Assembly: GCA_026025075.1 (NCBI GenBank) | Contig: JAPEUI010000081.1 | Span: 61,768-81,767 of the forward strand | Source: Vezdaea acicularis | Taxonomy: Eukaryota | DNA: 20,000 bases | Direction: 5' to 3' | Shown here: piece by piece, positions 1-8,260 of the stretch | How the letters are laid out: each line of letters opens with the position of its first letter | Position numbering within the stretch: position 1 is the first letter of the stretch | Notes under the pieces: model-generated | Databases searched by the model: none | What the model was told of the DNA's origin: nothing | Seen by the model: only the letters and a program-made list of their open reading frames with translations | Translations under genes and position numbers: made by a program

Positions 1-164
1 CGTACTCCCTAACACCTCACGTGTGCGGATGCCCGGACCATTCTCAACAGTATGTTCACGTCTCCAGATAGTGCGGTTCTTACATTGCTTCTTATCTAAA
101 ACCTCACCTCGCATTCAGATAATTGTTGCGTAGTCCATATTCACTGGTATCCTTCAACACCACC

Positions 165-851
165 ATGCTATTCCTCCCCATCCTTATCGCCTGGAGCACG
201 CTCATGTGTTCCACCGTAGCGCCCGACCCTCCACGAAATTGGCCTGTACGTCTGTATCCAGAGCCAATATGCGCAGACCTACCAACTCCAGAATGGCTGT
301 CTTGGCCCGAACGACTAGTGGAAGCGCTTTGGGATCCGAATGTAGCCTTCCCCAGAGTTTCAGATCTATGCCTTGATGGGCATGGCCTCAATTGCTACTG
401 TGAGGATATGGGGGACGAAGAGTACATTATGAGTTGCGACGAGCCTGTGTCCTGGGGTTCTCCCAATGAGACACTCCGAATAGGGCAGCTGTGCTACGAG
501 GTATGCGTATGTGGGAACGAGAGGCAAGTGTTCCATAAGAAATTGTTAAAGAATTGGGTCGTGAGGCTCTTAGAGCTACCGAAGCCAGGCTTCATTGAAT
601 TTGAGGTGGACAGGGGAGGTAATTTAGTTCAATTGGGCGATGAGAATGAGTGGGAGATGGTTCCGAGGATCGGCAGGACGGGGAGGAGAAATTGTGGTAC
701 CGGAGCGTGTGTGGGTAAGGTAAGAAGTAGGCGGGCGAGATCTGCGGGAAGGATATGTAGTGCTGGAGCAACCGTCTGCGCAGGGAAAAGGAGGTCTTTC
801 CACAACACGAGAGATAGGATGCTGGGTTTTTCGTCCTTACCAGGCAGATGA
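165..851 (+). CDS. Predicted secreted cysteine-rich protein of unknown function (~228 aa)
   Basis: First ATG of ORF 123..851 is at 165 in a good fungal Kozak context (CACCATG). It is followed by a hydrophobic signal-like N-terminus (MLFLPILIAWSTLMCSTVA) and Cys clusters (CLDGHGLNCYC, CYEVCVC, CGTGAC). No known family recognised. The basic C-terminal tail may be mis-modelled. Confidence 0.6.
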   Translation: MLFLPILIAWSTLMCSTVAPDPPRNWPVRLYPEPICADLPTPEWLSWPERLVEALWDPNVAFPRVSDLCLDGHGLNCYCEDMGDEEYIMSCDEPVSWGSPNETLRIGQLCYEVCVCGNERQVFHKKLLKNWVVRLLELPKPGFIEFEVDRGGNLVQLGDENEWEMVPRIGRTGRRNCGTGACVGKVRSRRARSAGRICSAGATVCAGKRRSFHNTRDRMLGFSSLPGR

Positions 852-989
852 CGGCGAGCCTTGAAGATCATCCTTAATGTCACATCCACAGTTTTCATGT
901 TTTGGCTAGTGCCTTGCGCTACAGAAGGCGAGATTAGACAGCTTGAAAATTAGAAATGGTGACCCAGATGACCGGTTTGTGTTATCTGA

Positions 990-3387
990 TCAAGGCTTTA
1001 GACTCCGCGGGACATTGAAGATGGTCTGCCCTTCGTCTCCTACAGGCTTTCTTCCGATGGACAGTAGATCTTCCCAGACTGTGGGATAATTTGCTTTTAT
1101 CCAGAGCTCGACTTCTTCTTTCCTATCATATTCCGGGATTGCGTTGTGAAATATTCCCAATCTGTAATATGTCAGAGACTGCTGAAAGGGCAAAGGATGA
1201 ATCCTACATCAATGAGTCAGGTTTCATTCCGTTCTCCTCATGCATGATCTTGATCATATCCACTACCTCATCAAAAATACCTTGGCCTGCTAGAGCTCCG
1301 ACGTAGGCGGCGAAAAGCTCTCTGGTGACCTGAACGTTCATCTTTGTGACCCTATTCCAGATCTCTCTCGCCGGAACCTCTCCAAGGGGCAAAACCTCAC
1401 ATGCATACAGAGCAATGCATATACTGCCGTAAGTCGGGCCTTCGCGAGAGCGTGCAATATCTTCCCAAAATTCCAAGGCTCTGTCTGGCATCCCACAAAA
1501 TGCATACGCTAACATTAAGGCGTTGTAAAGTTCTGTGTTGGGCTCGATATTCATCTCTAGCTTTAACAGATTATGCAACATCTTGAGTCCCTCTTGGTCC
1601 TTCAATCTTGCAACCCCTTCAAGGCACTGTACATAAGTACCTACGCTAGGTCGATTGCTGAGATCCGGGTTTAGATGCATCTGCCTGAAGACGAGGCAGG
1701 CCAGATCAGAACGACCACGGTCGAAAAATTCCCGCATAAAGAAGGTCATTTCTGCCACAGTAGTCTCGGGGAAAATTTCGATACACAAGTTGTATGCTTC
1801 CCAGATGCGCCCGACACTGATATCTTGAATAGCACAGAAGATACGGAAAGATTCTCGAACCTTTTGCCTGTCTTTAACTGAATAATGGAATGAATGGGCA
1901 TTGAGAAGATCCAGCACATCTTCGTTTTGTCCATCTAAAAGCTTAATATAACATAGGTCTGCCACTACATCAGGCTCAAGTCGTTTCTTTTGCTCTTCAA
2001 GATCCAGCGCTATGCTTAGGGCAGCCTCGCGATTTGGGGCTGAACCACTACAGAGAGCGTGAATCAATCTATTGACTACTGTCCCGTCCTCGTCGTTCAA
2101 GGTTTCCTGTTCTTGTAAGCCAGCATATGCGGCTTGAGCACCGCTGAGGTCGCCAACATCGATTCGATACCCAATCTGGAGTATGAATGTTCTTGCATCA
2201 GGCTCTATCCTCCATCTCTTACCAAGATCAATGAATCGTTCAGCCAGATAAGGATCGTTTTTGGAGTTTGCGAATTCCACTAGCCCATTGATGGTTTCGG
2301 TATCTGGCTGCAGATTAACCTCCCTGCCCTCACGAACCATCAACTTCATCATCTTATCAATTTCTTCCACGCCTTTATCCAGAGCTGCAGCCCATTGAAA
2401 AAGCACGTCCCATGTCATCTTGTCAAGCTTACTTTTTAGTGCAGACTTGAAAACAACCGTGTAGCCCCATTCTAACTCTTTGTTGCGCATGCAGAAGCTT
2501 AAGGTGTCTTTGATTGTCTTTGGAGTAGGAGACTCGTCATTTGCAATTGGGCACTTGAACCAACGCTTCGTATTCACGACGTCGTCTCGTTGTGCGAAGA
2601 ATGATACTATGACTTGGTGTGCCCATCGCGTGAAAGGAATACTGTTCTCTTCCATAGTTGATAAAGTCTTAAGGAGCTCTTCTTGATTATCTTCCCTTCC
2701 CAGCCCAGAGAGTACTCGTGTCCATAGCCTCTCCTGTCTGTCCATATCTAGATTTGAAGAACTCTTCAGCAATTCTTTTGCTTCGAGAGAGCCTCCACTC
2801 TGGCACAAAATAGTGACAAGCGTAGTAAGCTCGTAGAAGTATTCCTCCGACGTTTCGTCGTGCTCCTCCTTCTTCCTTGACACCAGCTCCGCGAACAAAG
2901 CTTTCGCAAGCTCCCTATGACCGTCCAACTCATCTTTCGGGGCCCTTCGTAGTGCACTTCTAGCAATCTCGAGACTGTTCAACGGCAAAGTGAAGCCGTC
3001 TTCTGGAGCACCATGTTCTTTAAGATACTTCAGCGTATTCAGCGCTAGGTATGCTTGGTACCGTTGCACCGCTGTTTTCGTCTTCTTCTTGTGGGCAAAG
3101 AACGAGATCCATGATCTCACCAGTTCCGGAACTGGTGGGGGCCTTGTTCCAGCTTGGAGCGTCTGATTGAACTCCATCATCTTCTCCAAGCCGGGATCAA
3201 TATCCACATCTCTTGCGTGTCGCTGGGTCCGTTTTTCGGCAAAGCCAAAGATAGTACGTTGGCATGACGGTATTCTCTCCCTAGGGCTAGCTTGAGGAGC
3301 CCCAATTGATCGGCGTATATTGTGATGATAGATATATGGTTCATTGAGTAGTAGTCTTCGAAAGACATGGCGTGTAAGATAGGACAT
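990..3387 (-). CDS. cia84: Complex I intermediate-associated protein 84 (CIA84-like, PPR-type helical-repeat mitochondrial protein); exons 3387-1208, 1161-990; 783 aa
   Basis: Basic mitochondrial presequence (MSYLTRHVFRRLLLNEP). PPR-like motifs (EPNTELYNALMLAYAFCGMPDRALEFWEDI; EPDARTFILQI). A 46-nt intron 1207-1162 (GTAGGA...CTGAC...TACAG) joins ORF 1204..3387 in frame to ORF 990..1193 (LGIFHNAIP...). Family call from recalled similarity to Neurospora CIA84 homologues. Confidence 0.88.
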
Positions 3388-3613
3388 TGCCTCAGCTGGT
3401 TATAGGGAGTCTCGACAGCCTTGCCATGGATTTAATTCGCATACTAGAAGCTTTGAGCAAACTCTAATAGGATCTCTAGGTTGCAGTACTTGCCTCGTAC
3501 TTGCTTGGGCACATATATTGGCGGAGCTCGCTAGCGCGAAATCTATCCTCCGAAGCTTCACCTCTTGCCACTCCCGCTTTGCTCTCATCATCAACATAGA
3601 CTTAACAGCACCA
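3388..3613. promoter_or_regulatory. Putative bidirectional promoter between CIA84 and RSM18
   Basis: Only 226 bp separate the two divergent ATGs (3387 on -, 3614 on +), so both promoters and 5' UTRs must lie in or overlap this interval. Confidence 0.65.
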
Positions 3614-4310
3614 ATGCCGCCGCGAACCCCCCGAATTCTCTTCGCATGGCGAATGCCATCCCTCCCTTTACAATGTCGCCAATTCACAAGTCATCCCTCA
3701 CTCCTCGATTCGTCCAATGCCTCCAAGACCTACACACCTTCATTCATATCCCCTGATTCCATCCCCTCAGAAAAGCCCCAGCTCGATGCTGCCCAGACCA
3801 TCACTAGATGGCGCTCCATGGCTGCCGAAAAACGCACCCCAGTCTCTGCCCGCCAATCCCTCGGCTCCAGCGAAAGCCACGCGCGAGCAATACAGCAGCA
3901 GATGACAAGGCGCTGGCAAGTGGGTGATGTCTATGCTCCTAAGGATCTAGGGATCAAAGAGATGAAGAGATGGAAAATGAGGAGGCCACCTACAAAGGAT
4001 GCAGTAGATATTCTAGGGGTAAAGCCATTGTTGGAGTACAAGGTCTGTATCTTCCATCCCTACGCCAAGTGGAGCTAAGGGCTGACTCTGTTGATGCCAG
4101 AACTTTGCAATGATGTCCGAGATGGTCTCTGAAACGGGCCGCATTAAGCACTCAAGAGAAACTGGTCTTCGGCCTAAGAACCAGCGAAAGATGGCCAAGG
4201 CAGTTCGAAGGGCAATAGGCTTAGGGTTGATGCCAAGTGTGCATCGCCATCCAGAGATACTGGAGTTGCATTCACAGATGTATGGTGGGAATGAGGGGCG
4301 GTTCATATAG
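3614..4310 (+). CDS. RSM18: Mitochondrial small-subunit ribosomal protein S18 (bS18m / Rsm18); exons 3614-4042, 4101-4310; 212 aa
   Basis: Presequence MPPRTPRILFAWR. Fungal Rsm18 motif RRWQVGDVYAPKDL. A 58-nt intron 4043-4100 (GTCTGT...GCTGAC...CCAG) restores the S18 domain EYK|NFAMMSEMVSETGRIKHSRETGLRPKNQRKMAKAVRRAIGLGLMP. Confidence 0.93.
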
Positions 4311-4569
4311 GAACGAAGATATTAGTTTTGTTGGTCTTACTGTTTATTTCAATTCATCATATATATTTGTTAGGACGGGTTAATATAGAAGAGTCGTTTG
4401 CTTCTATGTGTTCATTTCACCGCATCGTTACCAGAGGAATCGATACTCAAGCTTGCCATTTGAAGGCAAGACTCCATAATCCACTCTAAGATTGTATCAC
4501 CACCGGAGTCTGTCAAGCTGGTCTTGAAGCCACTCAATGAGCAGCATTGACCCCTCCAGACAAGCATTT

Positions 4570-6260
4570 TCATTCTCCCCTAGGAGGCCAAACCCTCGAC
4601 CAGCCCTCGATAGCATTATTGTCGTTTCCGCCGTTGTTCATGTTATTGTCACTTTGACGCTTGACGGCTCTATCAGTGCGACCTCCTTCCAGGAGCGGCG
4701 GAGCAGTTGTCGTATAGCCGCCAATGCAGGCACCGTTCTGGTAAGTCTGCTCGCAGGCATTGTTGGTATTCTGTTCGCTCTGGCGCTTCTTAAGTGTTGG
4801 CGAGCAATTGCAAAAACGCTCTCCGCTGAACAAATCCGTATCGACGATGCAACTGGGGTCACATTCAAGATCTTGACGAAAAGTTTGTTGCTCGTGTGAT
4901 GCAAACAACGCCTCACCACTGGCTGGAGCTTTGGCGGTGTGGACAGAGTTAGAGCCTATCGTAAACTCGGTGACTCTGGGTACGCCAACAGCCAAACCAG
5001 GACAAGAGCAAGAATAGGTCTCTGCCTCATCAGGATTGAATGCGCAGAGCGCCAGACAGATCTGAGCTTGAAGGGGGACGGCAGCACCATCATTCAGACG
5101 CGTGAATGTCGGGATTATATCGCTCACAGTGTTGGTCAACCTAGTACCACCAAGGTCAGGGTTAACGGCTTTGCTTATGACCCACTTGACATGAAGAGTT
5201 GGATCCGCTTTCTTGTTTACTATGCGGTTGCTATTAGTTGGTTGTCTAAAAGGAAAGATTCAGGAACATGGCTCACTCGATTTCGGCGGGCAGTCACAGT
5301 TGTACTCGGTACCGTTGGCAACCTCAACCTGATCGTTATCACATTGTTTGGAGCACAGCTCAATAGTCAGCATGTAGTCGACTTCGTCTATCTTCCAACT
5401 GCTTTGCACGATTCCACGTAGGTCACCAGATGCTAGGCTTGGTAAGGCTAAAGAGGAGAAAATTATGACGTCAGTAATGTTCAACCAAGTTCCAAAAAAG
5501 AGATTAGGGCTTGACGTAATGGGATACCTCAGACGTTATGGGGCACCCAAGACGTTATGAAATGCCCAAGACGTAATGAGATACCCAAGACATAATGAGA
5601 TATCTCAGATGTTACGGGATACTCAAGACATTATGAGGCACTCCAGACGTTATAGGGTACCCCAGACATTATGGGACACCCAAGACGTTATGGGATACCC
5701 AAGACGTAACGGGATGCCCCAGACGTTATGGGATATTTAAGACGTTATGGGATGTCTTAGAAGTTATGGGTTACCCAGGATATTATGGGATACTCAAGAC
5801 GTAATGGGATAACCCAAACTTTATGGGGTACCTAAGACGTTATGAGATACCCGAGACGTAATGGGACACCCAAGACATTATGAGGTACCTAGGACGTTAT
5901 GAGATACCCTAAACGTTATGGGATACCCAAGACGTAACAGAATACCCAAGACGTAACGGGATACCCCAGACGTTATGGGATACCCAAGACGTAACGAGAT
6001 ACCCCAGACGTTATGGAATACCCAATGCGTAATGAGATACCCGAGACGTAATGGGATATCCAAGACGTAACAAGTACAAGGAGAAAGTGTGAAAGAGGGA
6101 GTGTTTCCTGTAGTAACTTACATTGTAGTCCATGAGGACCGAGACCAGCAGAAGTACCGATAGGGGCACAAAAAACCCCGACCAGGAAAAAGAAGAACCA
6201 CAAGAGGCTCGCAGCAGAGATGGTGCCATACTTGCACCAGGAGAAAAGACCGGTTGCCAT
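4570..6260 (-). CDS. Predicted secreted Cys-rich modular/propeptide protein; exons 6260 (or 6275)-6122, 5447-5277, 5219-4570; ~319-324 aa
   Basis: Three ORF-track fragments splice into one open frame. Exon 1 encodes a signal-like peptide (SLLWFFFFLVGVFC-AP) and ends CAA T|GTAAGT. Intron 6121-5448 (674 nt) ends ACTGAC...TTTAG. Intron 5276-5220 (57 nt) reads GTGAGC...ACTAAT...CATAG. Both are phase 1 and give no stops. The protein has three C-x3-C-x(11-14)-C-x-C motifs and two KR-QS sites. Confidence 0.75.
5513..6071. repeat. 19-bp minisatellite, 29 full copies plus a partial copy, consensus GACGTWAYGGGATACCCMA, inside an intron
   Basis: Units parsed by eye start at 5513, 5532, 5551 ... 6045, 6064, with an exact 19-nt period and no indels. 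Differences between units are substitutions only. Confidence 0.97.
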
Positions 6261-6308
6261 TCTGGATGCTATCATTACATCAGCTCAAGATTCTTCCTTA
6301 GGTTAAGA

Positions 6309-6484
6309 GTGAACAAAGCTGTTCACGTAATGGGAGTTCCTCAAACACCATGAGAGCGGACTGAGGTTCACTCGGTGAGATACCTCCCATTACGTTCACT
6401 CAGACAACTGTCCACGTAATGAGATTGCTCCCAAGGCGTGAACGTATTTTCAATTTTGCTTAGTGGGTGAGCCCCACCGAGTGA
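6309..6484. repeat. Cluster of short inverted repeats (fold-back-like segment)
   Basis: GTGAACA/TGTTCAC 6309-6315/6320-6326; ACGTAATGGGAG/CTCCCATTACGT 6325-6336/6384-6395; TACGTTCAC/GTGAACGTA 6391-6399/6438-6446; TCACTCGGTG/CACCGAGTGA 6368-6377/6475-6484. Confidence 0.7.
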
Positions 6485-6696
6485 GTTTTCATGAACATTC
6501 ATGAAAATGCGATGACTTTCAAAGAGAAGGACTACTTACATTACGATTGATCTCGAGAAACAACTTATAAGCCAACGGAAGTGACGTGAGATGATTCGAA
6601 ATGGTTTGTAGTGAACTTCAGAGTCGCTTGTCACGAAGGAGATGGGGTTTCGCTGCTAATTGTCCCGCCTTAACATACGTTTCCTCGCCGCAGGTA

Positions 6697-6729
6697 TCAT
6701 TGATCGATGTCATGACATACGATCAATGA
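6697..6729. repeat. 33-nt near-perfect palindrome
   Basis: TCATTGATCG-ATGTCATGACAT-A-CGATCAATGA: self-complementary over 16-bp arms except for one extra A at 6719. Confidence 0.85.
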
Positions 6730-7179
6730 ATTCGCGGAAGTTAGAGAGGGGGGGTAATCTACTCACCAGTCTATCAGGAAATATTGTTGAAGAAGAAGGA
6801 ATAGGGGAAGAAGCGGGGGGAAAAAGAGGAGAAGAAGCGAAGAGGAAGAGAGGGGGCGAAGCAGAGAAGGAGAGAGAAGGGTATGACGTCGAGGTGATAA
6901 TCTCCTGGCTCCGTCCCCCCGTGCGGTGTACGAGAAGAACGGGACAACCACGTGCTGTGGATAGTATGACGTTATAGCACTTTCACTGCACACATACCGC
7001 TCGACGCGGTATCAGACAAGGAAATTTGGGCATGTTCCGCTCCGGCAGGGGTCGAGTAGCGCCGTGAACTACCCCTGCGAGAGTGCATGAGGTGGGAATG
7101 GCATTCTGAGAGTGTCCTAACTCATGGGAATAGATTTCAGGTAGTGCATAACCTCAACCAGAACGAACATGGAACAGCT

Positions 7180-7560
7180 CTACATGTAGTACATGTAGCA
7201 TATGCATCACAACCTCCCCACCGCCATGAACGACAACGCACGTAATACAGAACCTCAGATATATTAAATATAGACGACTCTCCATGTAGCACATATAGCA
7301 CCTATAGCACATGTATCACCAACCCCCCCCCCCCCCCACCGTCATGAACGACAACGCACGTAATAGAGTGCCTCAAATACAATAAACGGACATCACATAT
7401 ATGTCACCCCGTCCCCTCTCCACCGCCATGTACGACGAAAGACAACCCACCTACTAGAGTACCTAAGATATAACAACCGGAAAAAATCCCCTTTACAACC
7501 CCCACAGTGCCATGAACAACAACACACGTAATCAAGACCCTGAAATACAACAACCAGAGA
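7180..7560. repeat. Degenerate tandem repeat, 4 copies, ~82-118 bp period, including a C15 run
   Basis: The core CCACCGCCATGAACGACAACGCACGTAAT..AG..CCTCARATA recurs at ~7218, 7336, 7420 (with an internal insertion) and 7502. Poly-C at 7323-7337. CATGTAG/CATATAG sub-repeats precede copies 1 and 2. Confidence 0.85.
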
Positions 7561-8260
7561 CAAAAGCCCATGCGTGGGCCACGCATTACAGGATACATCT
7601 GACGCATACGATGGACAAGCTCGGCATGTAAGCCTGTATGGTGGGAAAGGGAAGGTATCGAGTACTCTCAAACAGGCTGGACGACCTAGGGAGACGGGTT
7701 TTAGGGGGAGGCAGCGACGTTGTAGAGAGCGTACTAATACCACCCCTTTCCTCCGGGGGGGAAGCTGAGCCTCAAAGGTCCTCACGAGTCCACGACGACT
7801 CTGCGCCGCACAACTCCTCTAAAATGCGATATGCTCGGCAAGTAAATCACGATTGATCAAAGCATAGTAGAGTCTCACATGACAGTCCTTCTGCATTATA
7901 CAGTGCCCCACGCGTATATTGATTGATTTGATTTAATTGTATAATGTATTGTGTACGAGGGATCATCGTCATCGTAGTCATTACCATCAAGCCCAACATC
8001 AAGCAAAGGGAAAAGAACAGACAAGCGAGTTCACGTAGAAGGAAGAAAGAAAGGGAGAAAGAAAAGAGAAAAGCATCCCGTCTGTAATCGCCCATGAGTC
8101 CTACGAAAGGGAATCGTCGTATCGTGATGAAGAAGGAGAAGAAGAAAAGAGGAAGCCACAAAGAAAGGCTTAGCCACATATAAAAGCCCGTAAAGCAAGC
8201 AATCATATACCATCTCACATCCCCATCAAGGCAATGTAAACCCCCAAAGCACCTCTCCCA

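Noticed and set aside
4537..5421. Plus-strand ORFs 4537..4899 and 4939..5421 as membrane proteins
   Set aside because: Antisense to the spliced Cys-rich gene, whose splice signals and motif repeats are on the minus strand.
5513..6071. CRISPR-like array or telomeric repeat
   Set aside because: The units are contiguous with no unique spacers, no cas genes are present and the context is eukaryotic. The single TTAGGG at 5504 is not tandem and the array is intragenic.
5878..6121. ORFs reading into the minisatellite (5878..6063 and the tails of 5973..6275 and 6011..6229)
   Set aside because: The repetitive peptides (LRLGYPIT) are by-products of the 19-bp repeat. A consensus donor at 6121 removes this sequence.
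6011..6229. Alternative start ATG 6229 (MAPSLL...) for the secreted gene
   Set aside because: Splicing in that frame gives CCT TAC CAA GCC TAG, an immediate stop in exon 2.
7847..8218. Hydrophobic 123-aa ORF downstream of DUF3824
   Set aside because: The Phe/Leu richness comes from a T/C-rich probable 3' UTR; there is no other support.
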